Origin: Isoptericola halotolerans
Lineage (GTDB): Bacteria; Actinomycetota; Actinomycetes; Actinomycetales; Cellulomonadaceae
Assembly (NCBI RefSeq): GCF_013149785.1
Contig: NZ_JABEZU010000003.1
Coordinates: 310,001 to 374,000 of the forward strand
Reading direction: 5' to 3'
Length of the DNA: 64,000 bases
Every line of letters starts with the position of its first letter. The stretch's first letter is position 1. Below the pieces are notes generated by a model, which was given only the letters and a program-made list of their open reading frames with translations, was not told the origin of the DNA and made no database searches. Shown here piece by piece: positions 55,041 through 63,622 of the stretch. The position numbers and the translations under genes were made by a program.

Positions 55041-57782
55041 TCAGTGGCCGGCGTCGTGCCAGGTCTCGCCCGCACCGACCGAGACGTCGAGCGGCACCTC
55101 GAGCGCGTAGGCCGCACCCATCTTCGTGCGCAGGACCTCCTCGGCGGCCTCGCGCTCGCCCGGCGCGACCTCGACCACGAGCTCGTCGTGGACCTGCAGC
55201 AGCAGCCGCGATGCCAGCCCGCGCTCGTCGAGCTCGCGCTGCACCCCGAGCATGGCGAGCTTGATGATGTCGGCCGCGCTGCCCTGGATCGGCGCGTTGA
55301 GCGCCATCCGCTCCGCCATCTGGCGACGTTGTCGGTTGTCGCTCGTCAGGTCGGGCAGGTACCGGCGGCGCCCCAGGATCGTGGCGGTGTACCCCGTGGC
55401 CCGGGCCTCCTCGACCACGCCGGCGAGGTAGTCGCGCACCCCACCGAACCGGGTGAAGTAGTCGTCCATCAGTCCCTGTGCCTCGCCCGTGGCGATCCCG
55501 AGCTGCTGGGACAGGCCGAAGGCGCTGAGTCCGTACGCGAGCCCGTAGCTCATCGCCTTGACCTTGGCCCGCATCTCGGCGGTGACCTCGGCGGGCTCCA
55601 CGTCGAAGACCCGCGAGCCCACGTAGCGGTGCAGGTCCTCGCCCGACCGGAACGCGGCGATCAAGCCCTCGTCGCCCGACAGGTGCGCCATGATGCGCAT
55701 CTCGATCTGGCTGTAGTCGGCGGTCAGCAGCGTCTCGTTCCCTGCACCGACGCGGAAGGCCCGCCGGATCCGTCGGCCGGACTCGGTCCGGATCGGGATG
55801 TTCTGCAGGTTCGGGTCGGTCGAGCTGAGCCGACCCGTCGCGGCGATCGTCTGCTGGAAGGTCGTGTGGATGCGACCGTCGGGCTGGACGGCCTTGAGCA
55901 GGCCCTCGACGGTCGTGCGGAGCTTGGCGGCGTCGCGGTGCGCGAGCAGGTGCGCCAGGAACGGGTGCTGGGTCTTGGTGAACAGGTCCTGCAGCGAGGC
56001 GGCGTCGGTGGTGTACCCCGTCTTGATCTTCTTGGTCTTCGGCATCCCCAGCTGCTCGAACAGCACCTCCTGGAGCTGCTTGGGGCTACCGAGGTTGACC
56101 TCGCGACCGATGACGGCGTAGGCCTCGGCGGCCGAATCCGCCACGGCGTCGGCAAAACCACGCTCCAGCTCGGTCAGGAACCCCGTGTCCGCGGCGATCC
56201 CGGCGTCCTCCATGCGCACCAGCACACCGGCCAGCGGCATCTCGACGTCGTCGAGCAGACCACGAGCGCCCCTGTCGTCGAGGCGTCCGGCCAGAGCCTC
56301 GGCGAGATCGGCGACCGCGACCGCGCGGTGGGCCGCCTCGGTGCCGGCAGGCGGACCCTCGGCGAGCTCGAGGTCCAGCGACCCCTGCGCGGACGCTTCC
56401 TGGACCGTCAGCTCACGGTGCAGGTGCCGCACGACCAGGTCGGCAAGATCGTAGCCACGCTGGTCGGGGTAGCACAGGTATGCCGCCAGGCCCGTGTCGC
56501 AGACGACGCCGCCCAGGTCCAGGTCGAGCCCGCGGGCCGCGAGCAGGTGCCAGGCGACCTTCGCACCGTGCACCACCTTGGACGACGCGTCGTCGGCCAG
56601 CCAGGACGCCAGGGCACGCTCGTCGTCGGTGGCGACCGTCGTCAGGTCGACCACCACCGCGCTCGCCGACCCGTCGGCGCTGTCGGTCGCCACGGCGACC
56701 TGCCAGGCGTCCGCCCGCCCGGGGCCGCCCGTCCCGGAGACGTCCAGGCCGAGCACCCGTCCCGCGTGCTCGGCGAAGAAGTCGGCGAGCGCACCCTGGT
56801 GCAGCGCGAGCGCGACCCCTGCGCTCACCACGTCCTCCTCGGCGTCGGAGGCCGCGGGGTCGACGGCGAGCAACCGGTCACGGAGCGCACCGAACTGCAG
56901 CGTGTCGGAGACGGTGTGCACCGCCTCGCGGTCGAAGCCGACGAGAGCGAGGTCCTGCACCCCCAGAGGCAGCTCGACGTCCGTGAGCAGAGCGTTGAGC
57001 TCGCGGTTGAGCCGCACCTGGTCGACGTGCTCGCGCAGGGCCTCGCCCCGTTTGCCCGTCACCTCGGCCCGACGCTCGAGCAGGCTGTCCAGGTCCCCGA
57101 ACTGGGTGATCCACTTGGCGGCCACCCCCGGGCCGACGCCCGGCACCCCGGGCAGGTTGTCGCTCGTCTCCCCCACCAGCGCGGCGAGGTCCGGGTAGCG
57201 CTCGGGGCGGACCTTGTACTTCGCCTCGACCGCCTCGGGAGTCATCCGCGCCAGCTCGGAGACCCCCTTCTTCGGGTACAGGACCGTGACGTCGTCGTTG
57301 ACGAGCTGGAGGGAGTCCCGGTCGCCGGAGCACACCAGCACGTCCATGCCCGCCTCGGTGCCCTGGCGGGCAAGGGTGGCGAGGATGTCGTCGGCCTCGA
57401 TGCCGTCGCGCTGCAGCGCCGGGACACGCAGCGCCTCGAGCACCTCCTTGATCAGCGGGACCTGGCCACGGAAGACCTCGGGGGTGGCGTCGCGGTTGCC
57501 CTTGTACGCGGCGAACCGTTCCGTCCGGAACGTCACCCGACCCGCGTCGAACGCCACGGCGAGGTGCGTGGGCTGCTCGTCGCGGAGCAGGTTGGTGAGC
57601 ATGGAGAAGAAGCCGTAGACCGCGTTCGTCACCTGACCCGAGGAGGTCACCAGGGTGTCGGGCAGGGCGAAGAACGCCCGGTACGCCATCGAGTGGCCGT
57701 CGATGAGCAGCAGTCGGGGTCGGGTGCCGGCGGCGGTGCTGCCGGGACTGCTGGTGCCGTCGGTTCGCGCTGAGGTCGTCAC
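55041..57782 (-). CDS. polA: DNA polymerase I
   Basis: LLIDGHSMAYR, EADD, GETSDNLPG; TGRLSS..PNLQNIP, ADYSQIEMR, QGSAAD, LQVHDE. Confidence 0.98.
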   Translation of the reverse strand: MTTSARTDGTSSPGSTAAGTRPRLLLIDGHSMAYRAFFALPDTLVTSSGQVTNAVYGFFSMLTNLLRDEQPTHLAVAFDAGRVTFRTERFAAYKGNRDATPEVFRGQVPLIKEVLEALRVPALQRDGIEADDILATLARQGTEAGMDVLVCSGDRDSLQLVNDDVTVLYPKKGVSELARMTPEAVEAKYKVRPERYPDLAALVGETSDNLPGVPGVGPGVAAKWITQFGDLDSLLERRAEVTGKRGEALREHVDQVRLNRELNALLTDVELPLGVQDLALVGFDREAVHTVSDTLQFGALRDRLLAVDPAASDAEEDVVSAGVALALHQGALADFFAEHAGRVLGLDVSGTGGPGRADAWQVAVATDSADGSASAVVVDLTTVATDDERALASWLADDASSKVVHGAKVAWHLLAARGLDLDLGGVVCDTGLAAYLCYPDQRGYDLADLVVRHLHRELTVQEASAQGSLDLELAEGPPAGTEAAHRAVAVADLAEALAGRLDDRGARGLLDDVEMPLAGVLVRMEDAGIAADTGFLTELERGFADAVADSAAEAYAVIGREVNLGSPKQLQEVLFEQLGMPKTKKIKTGYTTDAASLQDLFTKTQHPFLAHLLAHRDAAKLRTTVEGLLKAVQPDGRIHTTFQQTIAATGRLSSTDPNLQNIPIRTESGRRIRRAFRVGAGNETLLTADYSQIEMRIMAHLSGDEGLIAAFRSGEDLHRYVGSRVFDVEPAEVTAEMRAKVKAMSYGLAYGLSAFGLSQQLGIATGEAQGLMDDYFTRFGGVRDYLAGVVEEARATGYTATILGRRRYLPDLTSDNRQRRQMAERMALNAPIQGSAADIIKLAMLGVQRELDERGLASRLLLQVHDELVVEVAPGEREAAEEVLRTKMGAAYALEVPLDVSVGAGETWHDAGH

Positions 57783-57789
57783 GGGTGCC

Positions 57790-57811
57790 AACCTATCTCC
57801 CATGACCGACA
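57790..57811 (-). promoter_or_regulatory. PafBC-type (RecA-NDp) leaderless promoter of polA
   Basis: TGTCGG-N10-TAGGTT, 7 nt before GTG; hexamer lies inside the divergent thioesterase gene. Confidence 0.7.
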
Positions 57812-58224
57812 CCGACGCCTTCCCGCAGGACACCGCCGGTTGGGAGCAGGCCGCGACCGGCACCCTCATCGAACGCACCGGGATCGTCCTGACCGAGGTG
57901 GGCGCGCGCACCACCCGAGGCCGCATGCCCGTGGCCGGCAACACGCAGCCCGCAGGTCTCCTGCACGGCGGGGCGACGGCGGTGCTGGCCGAGACACTGG
58001 GCTCCGTGGCCGCGCAGCAGCACGCCGGCCCCGGACGGGCGGCCGTGGGGATCGAGCTGAACGTGACGCACCATCGCGGGGTGCGATCGGGACAGGTCCA
58101 CGGGGTCGCGACGGCGCTCCACCTCGGTCGCTCCACCGCCACCTACGAGATCACCGTAACGGACGACGCCGACCGGCGGGTCGCCACCGCCCGACTGACG
58201 TGCATGGTGCTCGCGGGACGCTGA
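57802..58224 (+). CDS. PaaI/hotdog-fold thioesterase
   Basis: GNTQPAGLLHGGA..LAETLGS, GIELNVTHHR. Confidence 0.92.
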   Translation: MTDTDAFPQDTAGWEQAATGTLIERTGIVLTEVGARTTRGRMPVAGNTQPAGLLHGGATAVLAETLGSVAAQQHAGPGRAAVGIELNVTHHRGVRSGQVHGVATALHLGRSTATYEITVTDDADRRVATARLTCMVLAGR

Positions 58225-58239
58225 CGTACCCGGCCGGCG

Positions 58240-58929
58240 TCAGGAAGCGTTGGTGGCCTGCTCCGCGCGAAGCTCCGCCTCGGCGGCGTGCTCCGCCTGG
58301 AAGGCTCGCAGGTCGACCGGCCCGGTGGGCAGACCGGCCTCACGTGCCCGACGGCGCCGGGCGACCAGGTCCTCGATGGCTGCTCGGGTGGCGTCCCGTC
58401 GCCGACGTCCACCGTCACGTCGCCGCACCACGGTCCCGCCCGTCGCGCCGTCCTGGGCGAGACGCCGCTCCAGGACCGGCACCGCCACGACACGGTGCCC
58501 GGCCGCCGGCGCAAAGCCGAGCCGGGCCAGGAACCGGTGCATCTCACGGGCACCGGGCGCGGGCGCGCAGTAGACGGCCTCGGCGCCGGAGGCGCTCGCG
58601 AGCCCCAGCGCCGAGCCCAGGAGCGCCCGACCGACCCCGTGGCGTCGTGCGGCGGGCGCCACGAGGATCGCGTCGACGTAGAGGCTCGGCACCAACGAGT
58701 AGAAGTGAGGTTCGAGCACCCGGGCCAGCAGGAAGCCCACGACCGCGTCCTCCTCGACGGCGACCAGGAGCTCACCCCCGGCTGCGACGAGCACGCTCAG
58801 GTGCTCGCACAGGCGTCCGGGGTCGGAGGCGGCCGTCGTCGAGCCGTCCGGAGCGAACTTCGCTGCCATCTCGGCGACCTCGAACAGGTCGTCCTGGTTC
58901 GCGGAACGCACTACGACCGCTGCACGCAT
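58240..58929 (-). CDS. GNAT family acetyltransferase-like protein with basic C-terminal extension
   Basis: VVGF, motif A V.PAARRHGVGRALL, FLARLGF. Confidence 0.8.
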   Translation of the reverse strand: MRAAVVVRSANQDDLFEVAEMAAKFAPDGSTTAASDPGRLCEHLSVLVAAGGELLVAVEEDAVVGFLLARVLEPHFYSLVPSLYVDAILVAPAARRHGVGRALLGSALGLASASGAEAVYCAPAPGAREMHRFLARLGFAPAAGHRVVAVPVLERRLAQDGATGGTVVRRRDGGRRRRDATRAAIEDLVARRRRAREAGLPTGPVDLRAFQAEHAAEAELRAEQATNAS

Positions 58930-58985
58930 CGACACTCCCTCCGACGCTTCAGATGACCTCACCACAGAAGGTCACGAAAAGATCA

Positions 58986-59022
58986 CGACTCCCTGGTGAC
59001 CATAGCCGTCACCAGGGAGTCG
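58986..59022 (-). terminator. 15-bp stem-loop downstream of pdtaR
   Basis: CGACTCCCTGGTGAC-catagcc-GTCACCAGGGAGTCG. Confidence 0.65.
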
Positions 59023-59033
59023 CACAACGTGTC

Positions 59034-59690
59034 TCAGGCGCCCACCTGATCGATGACCGCGTCAGCCACCTCGCGCATGGTCAGTCGCCGGTCCATCGAC
59101 GTCTTCTGGATCCAACGGAAGGACTCCGGCTCGCTCAGACCCATCTTCGTCATGAGGAGACCCTTGGCGCGGTCGACGCGCTTGCGAGTCTCGAAGCGCT
59201 CCTGGAGGTCGGCCACCTCGGACTCGAGCGCCCCGATCTGCTGGTAGCGCGAGATCGCGATCTCGACCGCCGGCAGCAGGTCGGCAGGGGTGAAGGGCTT
59301 GACGACGTACGCCATGGCCCCGGCGTCCCGTGCTCGCTCGACCAGCTCGGTCTGGGAGAACGCGGTGAGCAGCACGACCGGCGCGGCGTGCGCCTTGCCG
59401 ATCCGCTCGGCGGCGGAGATGCCGTCCAGCTCGGGCATCTTGACGTCCATCACCACGACGTCCGGCTTGAGGTCCGTGGCCAGGGCGACCGCCGTCTCGC
59501 CGTCGCCCGCCTCGCCGACGACGTCGAACCCTGCCTCGCGCAGCGTCTCGACGACATCCATGCGGATGAGGGCCTCGTCCTCCGCCACCACGGCGCGGCG
59601 GGCAGGCTTCGCAGAGGTCGCGGGCGGCGCCGGCTCGGGGTCGGCGTCGATCAGCGGGGGCAGGTCGAGCGGCAGCTTCTCGTCGGTCAC
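59034..59690 (-). CDS. pdtaR: ANTAR-domain response regulator (PdtaR-like)
   Basis: AEDEALIR, MDVKMP, YVVKPF, ANTAR RKRVDRAKGLLM...IQKTSMDRR; position between polA and tRNA-Leu. Confidence 0.9.
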   Translation of the reverse strand: MTDEKLPLDLPPLIDADPEPAPPATSAKPARRAVVAEDEALIRMDVVETLREAGFDVVGEAGDGETAVALATDLKPDVVVMDVKMPELDGISAAERIGKAHAAPVVLLTAFSQTELVERARDAGAMAYVVKPFTPADLLPAVEIAISRYQQIGALESEVADLQERFETRKRVDRAKGLLMTKMGLSEPESFRWIQKTSMDRRLTMREVADAVIDQVGA

Positions 59691-59834
59691 AGGGACCATC
59701 GTAGACCCCGCGAGCACCGGTCGCGTGCTCCTGGGCGCAGCGCGCCGGTGTGACCGTGCGCACCCCGTTCCTCGGTGTGGGGCGGTTGCGCACCACGGCC
59801 CCCGGTGTGGTTCGATAAGGCCGCTGCCGACAGC

Positions 59835-59908
59835 GCCCCGGTAGCCCAACTGGCAGAGGCAATCGGCTCAAACCCGATCCAGTGCGGGTTCGAATCCCGC
59901 CCGGGGCA
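59835..59908 (+). tRNA. tRNA-Leu(CAA)
   Basis: GCCCCGG/CCGGGGC acceptor, anticodon arm ATCGG-CT CAA AC-CCGAT, GGTTCGAATCC T arm; CCA not encoded. Confidence 0.95.
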
Positions 59909-59951
59909 CGGCATTCCCGCAGGTCACAGCCTCACCAACCGCATATCTAGC

Positions 59952-60012
59952 ACTCGCCTACAGGAACCTGCCTACAATGGTCAGATCGTAGGCGAGTACC
60001 AGTCGCGCCTAC
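59952..60012. repeat. Clustered GCCTAC repeats, probable integrase arm-type sites of attL
   Basis: ACTCGCCTAC 59952-59961, GCCTAC 59970-59975, inverted GTAGGCGAGT 59988-59997, GCCTAC 60007-60012. Confidence 0.6.
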
Positions 60013-60043
60013 CGCCCGACGACAACCGGTGGTGAGGTTCCAC

Positions 60044-61258
60044 ATGGCATCTGTGACGCCCTCGAAGCGAGCGCGGGGTTACGCCTGGCGGGTCCAGGCA
60101 CGTGACCGCCACGGCACGATGCGCCAGGAGACGTTCTACGGCGACGACGCCCTGGCCGTGGAGCGCGCGGCCCGCGACTTCGCCCGGCTGGTGGACCGCG
60201 TCGGCATCACCGAGGCGTCCCGGATCCGCACCGAGCGCACCGGTGCAGCTGCTCGAGGAGCGATGACCGTCGCCGGGTGGATGACGAAGTATCTCGACCC
60301 GGCCAGCGGGGCGCTCAAGGTCTCCCCCGGCACCCGCAGCGAGTACCAGCGCATCGCCGCCGAGTGGATCACCCCCCGCCTCGGCGAGATCCCGCTCGAC
60401 TCCCTCGACGTCGAGGACGTCACGAAGTGGGTCGCGTGGATGGAGGACCAGTCCGGCAAGGACGGCGGTCACGTCGCGACGAAGACCATCAAGAACCGGC
60501 ACGGGCTGCTGTCCGGCGCGCTCGCCGTCGCCGAGGCCCGAGGCCTGCGCAAGGGCAACCCCGCCCGGGGCGCGAAGTTCACGCGCCGCCGCAAGGACGG
60601 GATGGTGATCCTGACGCAGTCGGAGTTCGCAGTGCTGCTGCACTTCCTGACGCCGTCGCGCCGGCCGCTGATCATGTGGCTGGCCGGGACCGGCATGCGC
60701 TTCGGCGAGGCGACGGCCCTCACGTGGGGCGACATCGACCGCGACGCCCGCCCGATGCTCGCGCACGTGACCAAGGCGTGGCAGAAGCCGCCCAAGGGCG
60801 GCGGCGAGTTCCTCGGCCCACCGAAGACCGAGGCCGGCGAGCGGACGATCTCCGTCCCGGACTCCCTCGTTGCTCAGCTCGGCAAGCCCGGCCGCGGCGA
60901 CCGGCTCGTGTTCACCAACACCAAGGGTGAGCGGGTGCGCTCCGGCGCGCTGTACGACGCGTGGTCGGGCGCGCTCGACCGGGCCAACGACGCGGCGCGG
61001 TGCGCGGAGGCTGGCCTCTCCCCCATCGGGAAGCGCCCCCGCGTGCACGACTTGCGCCACGCGCACGCCTCGTGGCTCATCGGCGCCGGGCGCCCGCTGC
61101 CGTACATCCAGGCGCGGCTCGGTCACGAGTCGATCACGACGACGATCGGGACCTACGGGCACCTGCTCCCCGACGCACAGCAGGGTGACGCCGACGCCGT
61201 TGCACTGGCGATGGGCGCCGTGCTGCCCGTGGCCGTGGTGCCGCAGATCGCGGGGTGA
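60044..61258 (+). CDS. Phage tyrosine integrase
   Basis: TGMRFGEA (Arg), PKT (Lys), VHDLRH, RLGH, TYGH (Tyr); GAGG RBS. Confidence 0.95.
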   Translation: MASVTPSKRARGYAWRVQARDRHGTMRQETFYGDDALAVERAARDFARLVDRVGITEASRIRTERTGAAARGAMTVAGWMTKYLDPASGALKVSPGTRSEYQRIAAEWITPRLGEIPLDSLDVEDVTKWVAWMEDQSGKDGGHVATKTIKNRHGLLSGALAVAEARGLRKGNPARGAKFTRRRKDGMVILTQSEFAVLLHFLTPSRRPLIMWLAGTGMRFGEATALTWGDIDRDARPMLAHVTKAWQKPPKGGGEFLGPPKTEAGERTISVPDSLVAQLGKPGRGDRLVFTNTKGERVRSGALYDAWSGALDRANDAARCAEAGLSPIGKRPRVHDLRHAHASWLIGAGRPLPYIQARLGHESITTTIGTYGHLLPDAQQGDADAVALAMGAVLPVAVVPQIAG

Positions 61259-61340
61259 CGTCAGGAAATCCCGGCGACCTCCGGGATGGTCAGGATTCCC
61301 CGGCATTCGGGCCTTGATCACCGCTGATCCAGGCTGAGGC

Positions 61341-61757
61341 CTAGACCGCGCGCAACCGCCAGCGGCCCGGCGGTGTCGTCGCGCCGCGCCACACGTCGGT
61401 CTGCCAGACCTCGACGAGCCGCCGGGTGACCTCGAGCTCGCGGGCGATCGCTCCCGGGTGCTCTCCGTGCGTGCGCTCGGCCAGCGCGTAGTCCACAGGC
61501 GAGATGAGCAGCTGGGCCGCGTAGGCGTCAGCCTCCCGCTCGTCGCGCTCGACGTCGTGGTAGAGCGTCCAGTCGTGCCCGAGCGTCCAGTGGCCCATCT
61601 CGTGGGCGAGGGTGCACCGCTGCGTCAGGACGGACTTGCGGTGGTTGAGCAGTACGAGCCCGGAGCGCCGCAGCTCCCCCGCGCGCCGGCCGAGGTCCAT
61701 CCACTTCACGTGGACGCCGAGCTCCTCAGCAGCGGCGATCAGGTCCTCGAGCGTCAC
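61341..61757 (-). CDS. ImmA/IrrE family metallo-endopeptidase
   Basis: RCTLAHEMGH (HExxH), EREADAYAAQLLI, IARELEVT. Confidence 0.92.
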   Translation of the reverse strand: MTLEDLIAAAEELGVHVKWMDLGRRAGELRRSGLVLLNHRKSVLTQRCTLAHEMGHWTLGHDWTLYHDVERDEREADAYAAQLLISPVDYALAERTHGEHPGAIARELEVTRRLVEVWQTDVWRGATTPPGRWRLRAV

Positions 61758-61811
61758 CAGTCCAGGTCTACATGCCCGAGGCGACGAGTGCACGGCGGCG
61801 TGCCGCGGGTC

Positions 61812-62303
61812 CTAGATGTCGCGGACCCATGTCTCCATCCCCTCGTACACGCCGAGCGGCTCGAACAGAAGCGACCCGAATGCAGCCTTGCTCTCTGCGT
61901 TGTCTGGATGGATGCGCGTGAAGACGCCGCAGTCAAGGCTGTAGAGCAGCTTGTGTGCGGCGAGGACGGTTAGCGCCTGCTCGATCGCGGCGCGGCCGTA
62001 CCCGCGGCGGGTGCACCGCTGGGCACGCGCCACCGCCTGGATGACGAACTGCTCGTCGCTGGGGTCGAAGCCGAACGCTACGACCGCCGCGAGGCCGTCG
62101 TCATCGTGTCCGACAAGGATGGCGTCCGGGTCGTCGACAGGAGGGCGCAGGTCACGAACGAGACCCTGAGCCCTGAGCGCGTAGAGCTGGGGGTGATGCC
62201 GTCCGCGATGCGGGTCGTAGGTGTAGCCCGGCGGATCGGCGCAGATGAACGACTGCAGTTCACGCCGATCACGCCTGCCGGCGTCACGCCAGGCGAGACT
62301 CAC
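61812..62303 (-). CDS. GNAT-fold acetyltransferase, candidate toxin
   Basis: Motif A-like IQAVAR...RRGYGRAAIEQAL, motif B-like RIHPDNAESKAAF; N-terminal LQSFIC. Confidence 0.65.
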   Translation of the reverse strand: MSLAWRDAGRRDRRELQSFICADPPGYTYDPHRGRHHPQLYALRAQGLVRDLRPPVDDPDAILVGHDDDGLAAVVAFGFDPSDEQFVIQAVARAQRCTRRGYGRAAIEQALTVLAAHKLLYSLDCGVFTRIHPDNAESKAAFGSLLFEPLGVYEGMETWVRDI

Positions 62304-62490
62304 GCTTCGCCTGGAGCCAGGCGGCCACGTCCTGCCGCTCCTGGCCCGCCAGCGGGCGCATCGCCGTCTCGCGGTACTCGCGCGCCAGCCGGGCGCGCTC
62401 GCGATCGGTCAGCCCGTCGTTGCCGACGCGATCCGGGCCCACCAGAACGCGCTCGACCGAGGGTCGGCGTGTGAGGGTGTGGCGTGACAT
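62284..62490 (-). CDS. Small 68-aa protein overlapping the GNAT gene, candidate antitoxin
   Basis: TACCGT -10 six nt before ATG 62490 (leaderless); 20-nt overlap with GNAT start; charged helical sequence. Confidence 0.55.
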   Translation of the reverse strand: MSRHTLTRRPSVERVLVGPDRVGNDGLTDRERARLAREYRETAMRPLAGQERQDVAAWLQAKRESRLA

Positions 62491-62507
62491 GTCTCGACGG
62501 TAGCGCA

Positions 62508-62538
62508 ATCCGTGAGCCATGCACACGATCCGTGAGCC
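62508..62538 (-). promoter_or_regulatory. Tandem 11-bp direct repeat (GGCTCACGGAT twice, 20-bp period) upstream of the small-gene -10
   Basis: ATCCGTGAGCC at 62508-62518 and 62528-62538. Confidence 0.6.
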
Positions 62539-62541
62539 GTG

Positions 62542-62952
62542 TCACGCCTCCTCCTGCTGCGCCTCGGCCTCGTCGTCGGCGTCGTCGTCACGCGCGGCGA
62601 GCACGTGGTCGTCGGGGTCGATCCGCTCGCCGTCGAGTGTGTAGCGGTCGTGCGCCGGCTCGTGGCCGGCCGTCTTGATGGGGGCGGGATGCTCAGCATT
62701 GCCCACCACCTCCTCGTTACCCAGGTAGCCCATGTCGTGGACCACAGCCTCGAGGAGCCGCTCGTACGGGATCCGGGTCACGCTGGCGATCTGCCGCAGC
62801 TTCTCCGGCGAGGGCTTCGCCTGCCCGGCCTTCCACTGCGACATCGCGCTGCGCGAGACGCCGATCTTCGACGCCAGCGCCGCCTGCGACACGGGGAAGA
62901 GCTGCGCGTCGCGCCACTCCTCGATCAGCGCCCAGAGCTTGCTCGTAGTCAC
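62542..62952 (-). CDS. XRE-family HTH immunity repressor (ImmR/CI-like)
   Basis: AAGGAGG RBS before GTG; SQAALASKIGVSRSAMSQWKAG..KPS.E.L..IA; acidic tail; no peptidase S24 domain. Confidence 0.85.
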   Translation of the reverse strand: MTTSKLWALIEEWRDAQLFPVSQAALASKIGVSRSAMSQWKAGQAKPSPEKLRQIASVTRIPYERLLEAVVHDMGYLGNEEVVGNAEHPAPIKTAGHEPAHDRYTLDGERIDPDDHVLAARDDDADDEAEAQQEEA

Positions 62953-62959
62953 GGTTCCT

Positions 62960-63200
62960 CCTTCACGGGCACCACAGTTCAGGCCGACAGGGCATCCCGT
63001 CCAGCGGGGTGGGCACCGGGCGCACGGGACGTCTGGACACCAAATCACGCGCGCCGCAGCCACAGGTCAGCGTACCAACGGCGCACTTCTGCGGCTCCTG
63101 CGGGCATGGCAGGGCCTTGCGGGGTGGGCACCGGGTATGTATGTTTGTCGCAGAACGCTGGACACAACGACAAGGGGATGGATACAGTGAGGACACCAAC
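62960..63200. promoter_or_regulatory. Repressor/cro divergent control region with repeated TGG(A/G)CAC sites and rightward promoter TGGACA-N18-TACAGT
   Basis: 17-bp direct repeat GCGGGGTGGGCACCGGG at 63004-63020 and 63119-63135; TGGACAC at 63034 and 63159; variants at 63179 and 63190. Confidence 0.6.
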
Positions 63201-63225
63201 ACCGACACCGATGGGAGCAATCTGG

Positions 63226-63480
63226 ATGGTCCTCACCGACCGCAAGAAGCTCGCCAAGCTGATGGTGATCCAGGACGTGTCGCAGCGAGAGCTGGCGAAG
63301 GCTGCCGGCTGGAAGTCGCACTCGTACCTCGGCCGCCTGCTGCGAGGCGAGGTCAACACGCTCGACCTTGAGCCCGCCGTGCGCATCGCGATGTACCTGC
63401 AGGTGGGCACGGACGACCTTTTCATGTCCAGGTCGTCCAGCGATTCACGGCGGAACGCGAAGCGTCTCGTGGCTGCTTGA
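63226..63480 (+). CDS. Cro-like XRE HTH protein
   Basis: GGGAG RBS; VSQRELAKAAGWKSHSYLGRLLRG...IAMYLQVGTDDLF; divergent from repressor. Confidence 0.85.
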   Translation: MVLTDRKKLAKLMVIQDVSQRELAKAAGWKSHSYLGRLLRGEVNTLDLEPAVRIAMYLQVGTDDLFMSRSSSDSRRNAKRLVAA

Positions 63481-63622
63481 CCGGATCGGGCCGACCCAGT
63501 TCCGCGCGGGCCGGTCACACATCACCCCTGCCGAGCACCTTCATCAGGCGAAGGCAGCAAGAAGCCCCCGCAGTCCCGGCCAGGGCAACACGCGAGGGCT
63601 CCTCTACAGGAAGAAGGATCGC

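Noticed and set aside
61763..61790. Possible PafBC promoter before prophage immA (CGTCGC-N10-TAGACC)
   Set aside because: Two mismatches in the hexamer and no final T in the -10; too weak without TSS data.
59919..63071. CAGGTCA motif after tRNA-Leu, in the repressor/cro gap and (reversed) after tRNA-Pro
   Set aside because: A 7-mer that also occurs in coding sequence; enrichment cannot be shown from this window.
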